Positions 7,018-15,344 are shown, counted from the stretch's first letter. The stretch: 32,000 bases of DNA from Candidatus Saccharimonadota bacterium (GCA_016699265.1 CP064967.1:896689-928688), one strand, 5' to 3'. Made by a program: numbers and translations. Notes: generated from the letters alone by a model not told the origin.

Positions 7018-8656
7018 ATAATGGTCCGACAATCTGAATATTTGCCGGTGCTCGTAGATTAAACCAGCTCTTAAATTCGTCGCCAGAGGCAGAAATACCG
7101 CCACCAGAGACTGAATTTGTCCTTCCAAATCCAAAATCTGCGCTAATAGAGATGCTTGTTACGCTTTCTACCGGCGAACCTCCTTTATTTTGTAGTTCTT
7201 GCCTAACTTTTTCTGGGCTCCATACCTCACCCCCATAAGGATGGGGTTTGTCTGGTTGATAGAGGTGGTCTTTTGTTCCCGAATCACGACGTACAAGCTC
7301 GATAACATTAAATATGTCTGCAACTTCCGATGGCTTAAGCCACGCGGTGTTAGAGTAGCTTCCTCTAGCTCCCCAGTCGCAATAAAACCAGGGAGAGGAT
7401 TTGTCGTAGGCATTGGATTGTAGATCTGAAAATCCTCCTGCAGATCCTGTTGTTGTGTCGGTTGCATGTTTAGTGAACGACGTGGAACCTCCCCAAACTT
7501 CAGCAGAAGAAAAAACATATCCTCCGTGTGTGGAAGCAAACCATGCTTTTATAGGGCTTCCTCCTTGAGCCGCAACCTTGCCGCGAGTTGCTTCTACTGC
7601 CTGTGTCCAACCATCGTTTCGACCACCCGGGTCGCTAAAAACCTGACAGCTTTCGGTTGAGCAGATAGATCCGGAGCCATTGTTGGTATAGGCTAATGCA
7701 TAGGAGCGAGCGGCAACTGCTTGCGCCTTAAGCGCTTCCTGCGGCCAGCTCTCTGGCATCTCGCGTATTCCCTTCATATAGTCTTCTAGGTCATACTCGC
7801 TGCCTCCTTCGACCCTAATGCGAACACCGGAAACATCTTTTATTTCATCAAAATTAAAATAAGCTCGTAGTATCGTGTCGTAAGACTGACCCGCTTCTGC
7901 TCGACCTTTCGCGCCGTACTGATTAAGTCCAACTCTATGTGGTGCGCCGAATGAAAAGAAAGCGACCGCAGGGGAGAAGCCTGGGTCAACACTTCGATCG
8001 TCAGAACATCCTCTTGCAGAGGTTCCTGCAGAGCGCGGAATATTAAGAGCTGAAAGTTTTGCTGCAACGAGAGACTGCTGCTGTGCTGAGAGTTGAGCTA
8101 TTTTCGATCTAGTGCTCGCAATCTCTCCCTCAAGTAATGAGCTTTGGCTGTCGAGTTGCTTATTGATTGCGGCCAACTGTCTCTTTTCATCAACTAGCTT
8201 TTGCTTTGTATCCTCAAGGTTCTTTATGTAAAGGACTATCTTAACAATCGCATTTCTATCTTCGTCAACCACTACTTTTTGGTAAAAGAAGTTTTGTAGA
8301 GAATCGGAAAAGTTTTCTCCAATTAATAAACCTATAAACGCAGATCCGCTTTTTTTAATGTTTTTGTAATATGAGCGAGCTCGCTCATCAAGAAGGGTTT
8401 TCTGATGCTCTAGATCCTTTTCTCCTTCGGCAACCTCTCTTTCTTTTTTAGCAACCTCAGCACTAATGAATCCCACTCGAGAACGTATGCCGCTGATTTG
8501 TTTGGCAATATTGGACTTGTCCGACTCTTTACTGTTTAGGTCTGCAGTTAAGGATGCCAGCTGTTTGGTTATGTCGTCCAGCTCATCGGCGTGAATCGAT
8601 ATAACTATTCCGAAAAATAGAACCATGCACAGTAAGATCTTGAAGAACTTTGACAT
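6998..8656 (-). CDS. Secreted coiled-coil protein with SpoIID/LytB-type peptidoglycan-processing domain
   Basis: N-terminal signal or anchor (FKILLCMVLFFGIVISIHA), about 200 aa of heptad-rich coiled coil, then SpoIID-like motifs (EALKAQAVAARSYALAY, AWFASTHGGY). Confidence 0.8.
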   Translation of the reverse strand: MSKFFKILLCMVLFFGIVISIHADELDDITKQLASLTADLNSKESDKSNIAKQISGIRSRVGFISAEVAKKEREVAEGEKDLEHQKTLLDERARSYYKNIKKSGSAFIGLLIGENFSDSLQNFFYQKVVVDEDRNAIVKIVLYIKNLEDTKQKLVDEKRQLAAINKQLDSQSSLLEGEIASTRSKIAQLSAQQQSLVAAKLSALNIPRSAGTSARGCSDDRSVDPGFSPAVAFFSFGAPHRVGLNQYGAKGRAEAGQSYDTILRAYFNFDEIKDVSGVRIRVEGGSEYDLEDYMKGIREMPESWPQEALKAQAVAARSYALAYTNNGSGSICSTESCQVFSDPGGRNDGWTQAVEATRGKVAAQGGSPIKAWFASTHGGYVFSSAEVWGGSTSFTKHATDTTTGSAGGFSDLQSNAYDKSSPWFYCDWGARGSYSNTAWLKPSEVADIFNVIELVRRDSGTKDHLYQPDKPHPYGGEVWSPEKVRQELQNKGGSPVESVTSISISADFGFGRTNSVSGGGISASGDEFKSWFNLRAPANIQIVGPLFNVETR

Positions 8657-8666
8657 GGTTTCATTA

Positions 8667-8748
8667 TATCGCGTATCGTGTATCGTGTATCGCGCATCTC
8701 AAGAGCGTCCTTGCGTTAAACGTTACGCGATTTGCGTTTCGCGACGTA
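8667..8748. repeat. TATCGYG-word heptad palindrome
   Basis: Left arm tatcgcg tatcgtg tatcgtg tatcgcg (8667..8694). Right arm cgcgatt tgcgttt cgcgacg (8726..8746) pairs with it, including G-U positions. Fills the spacer between two minus-strand genes. Confidence 0.7.
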
Positions 8749-9207
8749 TTAGTTTTTCTTTCGAAGATATAGTCCGCTCCCTAGGGCAGAAACAAGAATG
8801 GGGAATAGGATCGTAGGGGATCCTGTTTGTGGAATTGTCTGCGGTCTAGTTGCTACAGAGTTTGTTGAATTGTTGGAGCCTGTGGTTATGGCTCCTCTGA
8901 CAACTCCGTCACTAGTCTTTACTGTGGTTTGGGTTGCCGCTTGCCCTGAGCTTGCCGAGGGGGTTGGGGTTGTTTTTCGTGCGAATAATGACTCGAAAAA
9001 TCCCTTTTTCTTGGTATTTGACCCTGAGCTTGCCGAAGGGTTGGGGGTAGGCGTGATAAGTGCAACTTTTGGAGTAGGAGTCGCCTTTATATTTCTGAAA
9101 GCTATCAGTTTATCCGATAGATTTATTCGTGATCCAAATACAAACAGAAACACTAGCACGACAATGAGTCCGAGAATGAAGGAAGTTGCTTTATTAAAAC
9201 CACTCAT
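8749..9207 (-). CDS. Ser/Thr/Pro-rich surface protein with N-terminal TM segment and C-terminal LPXTG-like sorting signal
   Basis: The C-terminus is IPQTG followed by a hydrophobic stretch (SPTILFPILVSALGSGLYL) and RKKN. Contains the internal repeats TPTP-x-PSASSG. Confidence 0.7.
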   Translation of the reverse strand: MSGFNKATSFILGLIVVLVFLFVFGSRINLSDKLIAFRNIKATPTPKVALITPTPNPSASSGSNTKKKGFFESLFARKTTPTPSASSGQAATQTTVKTSDGVVRGAITTGSNNSTNSVATRPQTIPQTGSPTILFPILVSALGSGLYLRKKN

Positions 9208-9282
9208 GAGAGTATTATAACACTATAAGATAGATTATTCAATGTCCTCAAGTATTACTCCTTAATTTGCTACTATATAAGT

Positions 9283-9978
9283 ATGAATAACAACCCACAG
9301 AACATCTTCACCTGGCAAGCTCCGCTGAGGCCATTCATAAAGAGAAGTTCGACTGTAATTCGTTTTTATATAGCCCTAGCCGTACTCGTTTCAGTGATTC
9401 TCGCTTTCTTTGGAGATAGAATTATTCTCATTCCGGTCTGGGCACTTTTATTTATTTTTTACGTTTTTACGGTAACGCCACCGCAGGAAATCACAAATAA
9501 AATTTCTCGGTTTGGAATTGTCACGAGCGGCAACACGATACGCTGGGAGGATCTTTCCCACTTCTTCTTTACTCAGCGGTTTGGATATGATATTTTGGTC
9601 CTCGTAACGCATGCGCCATATTTGCATCATTTCTATCTTGTCATCCCCAATGAAGAAGTAAAAAAGATCGTAGCCGAGTCTCTGTCGTCACATATCTTAT
9701 TCCAAGAACACCCCCAAAAGACGCTAACGGATAAGCTAATTGAGTGGTTTTCACACCTCGTTCCCACTGAAGAGTTTGTCACGAACTCAGTTTCCGAGCA
9801 AAAACATCCGCCATTATCTCCTTCACCCCAAGTAGTCGACCCCATCGCTTCACCCCTTCATCAGTCGTTACAATATACGCAGCTTCCTCCTTCGCTAACA
9901 CAATCAGATCTAGGTCAGCAAGGCTATCAAGAAAGCCAGCCCGAGTCGCCTGACGGTAGCGATCGCGCAATCCTTTAA
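9283..9978 (+). CDS. Membrane protein of unknown function (two TM segments), low-complexity tail
   Basis: 231-aa ORF with hydrophobic segments at IRFYIALAVLVSVILAFF and LIPVWALLFIFYVF. The last ~66 codons are Pro/Ser/Gln-rich and antisense to the PIN gene, so the 3' end is uncertain. Confidence 0.55.
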   Translation: MNNNPQNIFTWQAPLRPFIKRSSTVIRFYIALAVLVSVILAFFGDRIILIPVWALLFIFYVFTVTPPQEITNKISRFGIVTSGNTIRWEDLSHFFFTQRFGYDILVLVTHAPYLHHFYLVIPNEEVKKIVAESLSSHILFQEHPQKTLTDKLIEWFSHLVPTEEFVTNSVSEQKHPPLSPSPQVVDPIASPLHQSLQYTQLPPSLTQSDLGQQGYQESQPESPDGSDRAIL

Positions 9979-10396
9979 TATGCTTTCCGATCGTCATCTG
10001 GAACTCTTTCTTCGGAAGAACTTCCTTTCCCATCATCTGTGTAGCTATGGCCTCGAATTCTTCCTCAGCGATCTGTAGGCCACGATAGCTTCGCTTGCGT
10101 ATATCGTCCACCAACTCATATAGGAAATGAAGAGCGACTGGATTCTTGCCTAAATCCGGTGATTTGACAGTAATTTGCTCGAGAAATGACTTCATTAAAG
10201 GCTCTTCTTTGTTTTCAAAAAAACTCATTATCTCGTCGATGATTCTTGGTGGCATATAAAATTCGGCTGTTTTCGCAGCCCTTGCTTCTTTCATAGCTTT
10301 AGTAAGCCCTTCCATAACAACATTGGTTGTGTTCCCGAAGCCCAGATTAGCATCCATATTGAACAATAGATTAGTATCTAGTACGTATTTTTCCAT
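9779..10396 (-). CDS. PIN-domain nuclease-like protein
   Basis: The MEKYVLDTNLLFN start carries the first PIN acidic residue, and the late motif YIVTTDEGV carries the C-terminal acidic residue. Start trimmed to ATG 10396. Confidence 0.65.
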   Translation of the reverse strand: MEKYVLDTNLLFNMDANLGFGNTTNVVMEGLTKAMKEARAAKTAEFYMPPRIIDEIMSFFENKEEPLMKSFLEQITVKSPDLGKNPVALHFLYELVDDIRKRSYRGLQIAEEEFEAIATQMMGKEVLPKKEFQMTIGKHIKGLRDRYRQATRAGFLDSLADLDLIVLAKEEAAYIVTTDEGVKRWGRLLGVKEIMADVFARKLSS

Positions 10397-10420
10397 ATAA
10401 GTATGATAGCACAGATGTAA

Positions 10421-10587
10421 TTTCAAAGCTCAAATGTCAAATAAAATCTGAAGCCAAAAGCTAGAACTTTTAAATTTTAGGTTTTTAAATTTATTTGATA
10501 TTGGGATTTTGAGTTTAATGCAGTTTGATGTATTGCATAATTGTGTATATGTCATTATTATTTGTGCATAAGTTATCCACATATACA
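10421..10587. other. Candidate oriC / dnaA promoter region: AT-rich tract plus DnaA-box cluster
   Basis: Perfect DnaA box TTATCCACA at 10573..10581. An inverted box tgtgcataa (TTATGCACA on the other strand) at 10563..10571. A one-mismatch box at 10542..10550. The tract 10460..10500 is very AT-rich. All lie directly upstream of dnaA. Confidence 0.65.
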
Positions 10588-11922
10588 ATGTCTGAGGCTG
10601 AATGGAACCAATTTTTACTTTCTTTAATCGAGGGAGCTGATAAAAACCCTGTTCTTTTCTCTATTCTTAAGCAGGTCTCTCTGTTGTCGGTAAGCGAGAG
10701 GTCGGTAGTACTCTCAACCGACAGTCAAGGGTTCTTTATATTCATTCAAAAGCGCGTACCCGAGATTGAGGAGAGACTGTCTCTTTTTACAAAAAAAACT
10801 CTTAGCATTGAGGTTGTTGTCTCTACTACTCAGGAAAAAAAGATGAAAGAGGCGCCTCTGCTGTCGTTTGAACCGTCCCAAGAAGATGTCTATCGAAAGG
10901 CTGGACTTAACGGAAAGTACTCTTTCGATAACTTTGCGGTTTCAGGTTCAAATCAGGTAGCGTATGCGGCAGCACAGGCCGTAGCAGATAATCTTTCAAA
11001 GGCATATAACCCACTTTTTTTGTATGGTGGGGTGGGTGTAGGGAAGACGCACTTAGCCCAAGCCGTTGCGAGTAAAATTTTGGGAGACGACCCTCAAAAG
11101 AGGGTTGTTTTTAGTCCGGGAGAGCAGTTTACAAACGAACTGATCGAATCTATTCGTGAAAAAAACACAGCAAAATTTCGTAAAAGATATAGACATCTAA
11201 ACCTCTTAATCGTTGACGATATTCAGTTTATCGCAGGTAAAAACACGGTTCAGGAGGAGTTTTTTCACACCTTTAATGCGGTTGTGTCGGGCGGAGGGCA
11301 GATTATTTTTACCTCAGATCGTCCACCTCAGGACATTAAAAACTTAGAAGACCGTCTTCGTTCGCGTTTTGCAGGCGGACTAACTGTCGATGTTCAGCCT
11401 CCAGATTTTGAATTAAGAACGGCAATTCTTCTTATTAAAGCTAAAGAGAAGGGTATAGAGCTGGGAATTGATCTGGCCAGAATTATAGCCGAGCAGGTAT
11501 CCGACTCCCGCTCACTAGAGGGTACCCTTCTCTCTATATACGCCCGAACTCTTGGCAGGGAGGAGAAAATAACTCTTACTGTGGTTGAGTCTTTCTTCCA
11601 TACGGAAAGTGAGGTGCGCCCTAAAATTAGGATTACCCCTCATGAGATACTTAATGTTGTTTGTTCATACTACAACATCAAACAATCTCAGTTAAAAAGT
11701 CCGATCCGCTCAGAGTCACTATCTTTACCACGACAGGTTACTATGTTTTTACTTAGAAGAGAGTTAAATATGAAACACCAAGAGATAGCCAACTTACTTA
11801 AAAGAAGAGACCACACTACTATTATGCATGGGGTTGAAAAGATAAATAAAATGCTCGTTAAAGACGATTTTTTTAAGAAAGAGGTTGATAGAATAATCCA
11901 AACCCTCCACCTCTCCACATAG
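10588..11922 (+). CDS. dnaA: Chromosomal replication initiator DnaA
   Basis: Walker A GGVGVGKTHL, Walker B LLIVDDIQF, and a C-terminal DNA-binding helix-turn-helix (HTTIMHGVEKI). Start trimmed to MSEAEWNQF. Confidence 0.95.
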   Translation: MSEAEWNQFLLSLIEGADKNPVLFSILKQVSLLSVSERSVVLSTDSQGFFIFIQKRVPEIEERLSLFTKKTLSIEVVVSTTQEKKMKEAPLLSFEPSQEDVYRKAGLNGKYSFDNFAVSGSNQVAYAAAQAVADNLSKAYNPLFLYGGVGVGKTHLAQAVASKILGDDPQKRVVFSPGEQFTNELIESIREKNTAKFRKRYRHLNLLIVDDIQFIAGKNTVQEEFFHTFNAVVSGGGQIIFTSDRPPQDIKNLEDRLRSRFAGGLTVDVQPPDFELRTAILLIKAKEKGIELGIDLARIIAEQVSDSRSLEGTLLSIYARTLGREEKITLTVVESFFHTESEVRPKIRITPHEILNVVCSYYNIKQSQLKSPIRSESLSLPRQVTMFLLRRELNMKHQEIANLLKRRDHTTIMHGVEKINKMLVKDDFFKKEVDRIIQTLHLST

Positions 11923-11987
11923 ATTACACAAACTATCTACATGCTAAAAGGCGGTGTTTGTCTTGTCTTGAAAATGAGAACTGTTTT

Positions 11988-12004
11988 TTATACACTTATC
12001 CCCA
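11988..12004 (+). promoter_or_regulatory. Two overlapping near-consensus DnaA boxes in the dnaA-dnaN spacer
   Basis: TTATACACT at 11988..11996 and TTATCCCCA at 11996..12004, each one mismatch from TTATNCACA. Confidence 0.4.
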
Positions 12005-12029
12005 CGTACTACTACTACGAAGTTTATAT

Positions 12030-13133
12030 ATGAAAATAATTTTAGACAAAGAACAATTACTGAATAACGTCCAGATATCCACACGCTTCACGTCGAAAAG
12101 ACTCTCAACAATACAATCACTACAAGGAGCTATGTTTACCATCGAAGGAGACAAGCTCACAATATACGCGACAGACCTAAATACCAACTTTAGCTCAACA
12201 ACAAAACTAAAGACAACCTCCAAAGAGAAGAAGTCGTTTGTAACCGATCCCAAAAAACTTGCTGAATTCCTCGCCTTACTAGCACCAGGAGACATCGTAC
12301 TTATAGTTGAAGAAAAAAAAATTACCATACAGAAAGAAAAAAACCAAGGATTTTTTAACATAATGGAAAGTGGCGACTTTCCATTACCACCAAAACTAAT
12401 CGAAAAACCAATAGTTCTAAAAGCCGAACAATTTAAAAAAACACTTCCACTTGTTTTATTTGCTGCATCAAGAGACGAAGCAAGACCGGCTTTATCCGGC
12501 GTAAACTTTGTATCCAGTGATGGGGAGCTTGTTACAGTAGCCACAGACGGATTTAGACTGTCTTTACTTAAAGAAAAAAATACACAGAAAGTACCTTCGA
12601 TGTTGGTTCCTAGAGTATTTTTTGAGGAGGTATTAAGTGGGCTTAAGGAAGAAGATGAGATTAACTTTACAACCTCCGAAAAGGAAAAGATGGTTAAGTT
12701 TTCAACCCCTACGAAGGAGTATTACAGCCGAGTAATTGAAGGGGCGTTTCCTCCCTTTGAAAAGGTTATACCAACCGAAAAAAAACAAACAATTATCACA
12801 GATCGAGAGGAACTATTAAGAAACATTAAAATAGCGTCGTTATTCGCCCGTGAACAATCAAATATTATTATTCTTAAGGGTGAGAAAGGCGTGATTCAAA
12901 TACGTCCAAAAACCGACAACAGTGATGAAAACACCTCAACTCAAGACGCAGAGATTGAGGGAGACGCTATTCAAGTAGCGTTCAACGCAAGATTTTTATT
13001 AGATTTTCTCCAGAACGTATCAGGTAAAAAAATAACCATTGAGCTGCTCAGATCAGACGCCCCTACGGTATTTAAGACGGATAATCAGAAAAACTTCATC
13101 CATATAATTATGCCCGTTAGGATTCAATCCTAA
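12030..13133 (+). CDS. dnaN: DNA polymerase III beta sliding clamp
   Basis: MKIILDKEQLLNNVQ start, ~367 aa, three-domain pattern with ATDGFRLS and a RSDAPTVF...IIMPVR C-terminus. Lies downstream of dnaA. Confidence 0.9.
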   Translation: MKIILDKEQLLNNVQISTRFTSKRLSTIQSLQGAMFTIEGDKLTIYATDLNTNFSSTTKLKTTSKEKKSFVTDPKKLAEFLALLAPGDIVLIVEEKKITIQKEKNQGFFNIMESGDFPLPPKLIEKPIVLKAEQFKKTLPLVLFAASRDEARPALSGVNFVSSDGELVTVATDGFRLSLLKEKNTQKVPSMLVPRVFFEEVLSGLKEEDEINFTTSEKEKMVKFSTPTKEYYSRVIEGAFPPFEKVIPTEKKQTIITDREELLRNIKIASLFAREQSNIIILKGEKGVIQIRPKTDNSDENTSTQDAEIEGDAIQVAFNARFLLDFLQNVSGKKITIELLRSDAPTVFKTDNQKNFIHIIMPVRIQS

Positions 13134-13136
13134 CCA

Positions 13137-13216
13137 CGTATATCGTATAAGGTATTTGGTATTTCGTATAAAATTCCACGCAAAAACATACGAGATACGT
13201 CATACGATATACGAAG
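13137..13216. repeat. GTAT/ATAC heptad palindrome, empty copy 2
   Basis: Near-identical to 5610..5693: by eye, 4 substitutions in the first 80 nt, and the 17-nt centre aaattccacgcaaaaac differs from the other copy at one position. Also sits between convergent stop codons. Confidence 0.85.
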
Positions 13217-13220
13217 TAGT

Positions 13221-13670
13221 TTAGAGTTCCTCTATCTTATCTTTCTTATGGGGGGTTTCTTTAACCAAGCTTAAGAAACGCTCGGTTGAAGAAAGACGTT
13301 TGTGGCCAACTATTTTAGCAATATAGTCTATAGAGTATCCAGCCATGAGTTGATGCGCTATAAAGGTATTTCTAAAGTCGTTGATAGTGGCATTTTCTAT
13401 ACCAACCTCCTTAAAACACCTCATAATTATCTGGCGAACATTTCTAATAAGCAAACCTTTACCCGTACGAGTCACAAATAGTAAATCGTCAGGAGATGTC
13501 TGGCTGCCTCTTACTGCTAGATAGTCATCAATGGCTTTTTTAACAGATGGACTAAGGGGAACCTCTCGCCCAGAGCTCTTACCATAGCCTCTCACAACTA
13601 AAGCGGAGTCCTTAACATCCGATACGCAGATACTTGTAAGCTCACCAATTCTCACGCCGGTTTGGAGCAA
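13221..13670 (-). pseudogene. Xer-type tyrosine recombinase, catalytic-domain fragment (frameshifted, nucleophile Tyr replaced)
   Basis: LLQTGVRIGEL carries the first catalytic Arg. NDFRNTFIAHQL stands in place of HxLRHTFAT, and GHKRLSSTERF in place of GH...T..Y. The fragment is separated from the N-terminal domain by a frameshift at 13715..13716. Confidence 0.75.
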
Positions 13671-14086
13671 TATCTCAACAACGGCATAGGTTCGAGGGTC
13701 TTCTTTGGCAACGTCCTAATTGCACGGTACTCTAATTTACTAAAAATACGAGGCGGTGTCTGGATATATTTTGGGTGAGAAACTTCTAGGGATGGATTTT
13801 GTTCAATTATATTTGAGCTCTTGAGGTGCCTAAAAAATGTGCGTATTGAGTTGAGCTTTCTTGAGGCGGATTTTTTAGTGTAGTTTTCGGTAATTAACTT
13901 AGCGATAAACCCTTCAATTTCAGGTTTTTTTACATCGCGAATATCATTTATCTCTCTTGAAGACAGGTATCCGATAAACTGCTCTAGGTCCTTTTTATAT
14001 GCAACTATAGTGAAGCTAGATTTGCCCTGAGACTGTAGCTGGGCAACAAACTTTTCTACAAGCGCTGGGAAGATATATCCATCCAT
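13652..14086 (-). pseudogene. Xer-type tyrosine recombinase, N-terminal core-binding (SAM-like) domain fragment
   Basis: FVAQLQSQGKSSFTIVAYKKDLEQFIGYL...SASRKLNSIRTFFRHL is the typical phage-integrase N-terminal domain. The alternate frame continues DVAKEDPRTYAVVEILLQTGVRIGEL. Confidence 0.75.
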
Positions 14087-14178
14087 ATTAGCCTATAATA
14101 TATCATACCTATGGCTAAATTTCAATAGCTCGTAGTGATCCTAAGTATATCCTACTACCTAATGTTATAGGCATAATC

Positions 14179-14207
14179 TTGTTTTTTTATAACACGTCTG
14201 GTATAGT
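14179..14207 (+). promoter_or_regulatory. Candidate rpsA promoter
   Basis: TTGTTT at 14179..14184, a 17-nt spacer, TATAGT at 14202..14207. A GGAGG Shine-Dalgarno lies about 12 nt before ATG 14238. Confidence 0.35.
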
Positions 14208-14237
14208 AGATGAAGAAAATGGAGGTCTACATACTAA

Positions 14238-15314
14238 ATGTCTAAATCACAACAGAAAATAAGCGGAGTAAACCCAATGGAACTTCTCCTACAAAAACAA
14301 CAGGTTCCAAACATCAAAAAAGGTCAGGAAATCAATGCTAAGATCGTCTCCATTACCAAAAAAGGGACACTTTTTAATATTGGTTCAAAGGCAAATGCGG
14401 TATTAGGAGAAAAGGAGATTAAGGAGATATTCCTATATCAAAGCCATCTAAAACCCGGCGATACGGTAAAGGTCCGAATAATCTCTGAAGAGTCGAGAGA
14501 TGGAAACCCAGTTGTTTCTATGCGAAACTTCTTCGAGCGTGGCAAATGGGACGTGCTTCTTAAAAAGAAAGAAACAGAAGAAGATATTGAGGTTATGTGT
14601 GGAGAGTTTGGCAAGGGCGGTGTGTTTATCGAGTTCATGGGAATTAGAGGAGTAATTCCAAAAATACAGCTTACCCAAGACTTTTTAGCTCACCCAGAAA
14701 AACTAGTGGGCCAAAGGATAAAAGCTAAGGTGCTTGAGGTGGATCAAGAAAAAAATAGACTCGTTGTCTCCCAAAAAGCTGCGGTACTGAATATTTCCCA
14801 AAAGGATCTAAGAAAAAAGTTTGACAAAATCAAGGCTGGAGACAAAAAGAAAGCTAAGGTACTTGGAGCGTCCGAGTTCGGGATATTCTGCGAGATTGAT
14901 GGCGTTGAGGGACTAATTCACATTTCCGAGATCTCATGGGAGAAAGTTCGAGACGTATCTCACCTTGTTAAGGTTGGAGACGATATCGAAGTAATGGTTG
15001 TTGAGAAAAATGAGGCAGACCTCAAGCTAAATCTATCAATGAAGAGATTGCTACACGACCCATGGGAAGATATAGAGAAAAAATATCCAAAAGATAAAGA
15101 GGTTGAAGGTGAAGTTGTAAGAAAAGAAAAGTATGGGTATTTTGTTCGTCTTGAGCCCGGAATTGAGGGATTGATTCATGAGAGTAAACTTTCGGGAACA
15201 GAGAACATAGAGATTGGTAAAAAAATCAAAGCATTCATAGAGCGCGTAAGCAAGGAATCGAGAAGGCTCAGTCTCATTCTCCCACAGACCGAGAAGCCGG
15301 TCATGTACCGATAA
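14238..15314 (+). CDS. rpsA: 30S ribosomal protein S1 (four S1 domains)
   Basis: Repeated S1 OB-fold modules: G-x-V-x-V, GVFIEF.GIRGVIP, FGIFCEIDGVEGLIHISE, YGYFVRLEPGIEGLIHES. Confidence 0.9.
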   Translation: MSKSQQKISGVNPMELLLQKQQVPNIKKGQEINAKIVSITKKGTLFNIGSKANAVLGEKEIKEIFLYQSHLKPGDTVKVRIISEESRDGNPVVSMRNFFERGKWDVLLKKKETEEDIEVMCGEFGKGGVFIEFMGIRGVIPKIQLTQDFLAHPEKLVGQRIKAKVLEVDQEKNRLVVSQKAAVLNISQKDLRKKFDKIKAGDKKKAKVLGASEFGIFCEIDGVEGLIHISEISWEKVRDVSHLVKVGDDIEVMVVEKNEADLKLNLSMKRLLHDPWEDIEKKYPKDKEVEGEVVRKEKYGYFVRLEPGIEGLIHESKLSGTENIEIGKKIKAFIERVSKESRRLSLILPQTEKPVMYR

Positions 15315-15315
15315 A

Positions 15316-15332
15316 CGCCGAAGGCGATTTTT
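15316..15332 (+). terminator. Weak intrinsic terminator after rpsA
   Basis: cgcc-gaa-ggcg, a 4-bp stem followed by ATTTTT. The stem is short, so support is weak. Confidence 0.3.
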
Positions 15333-15344
15333 AATTCTTCATTA

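Noticed and set aside
8798-9220. 140-aa plus-strand ORF opposite 8749..9207
   Set aside because: The minus-strand frame gives a coherent architecture (TM helix, repeats, IPQTG sorting signal). The plus frame has no signal or motif and is its mirror image.
10525-10587. Longer N-terminal extensions offered by the ORF track: dnaA from 10525, dnaN from 11958, trxA to 6098, nrdR from 223, PIN to 10426, acyltransferase from 6013
   Set aside because: The extensions add non-conserved residues, overlap neighbouring genes or the DnaA boxes, and internal ATGs reproduce the canonical family N-termini.
11996-12544. 182-aa antisense ORF inside dnaN
   Set aside because: It lies entirely within the well-supported dnaN frame. 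Long antisense ORFs are expected in lysine- and glutamate-rich AT-rich genes.
13221-14086. Xer-like gene as the integrase of an integrated mobile element or prophage
   Set aside because: There are no flanking direct repeats, no adjacent tRNA (the nearest is 4.6 kb away) and no phage-like genes. The neighbours are core genes (dnaN, rpsA).
14087-14178. Possible additional periodic palindrome (CCTA/TAGG words) upstream of rpsA
   Set aside because: Word spacing is irregular (7, 11 and 16 nt) and the arm pairing is limited to tagcc/ggcta, which is not convincing.
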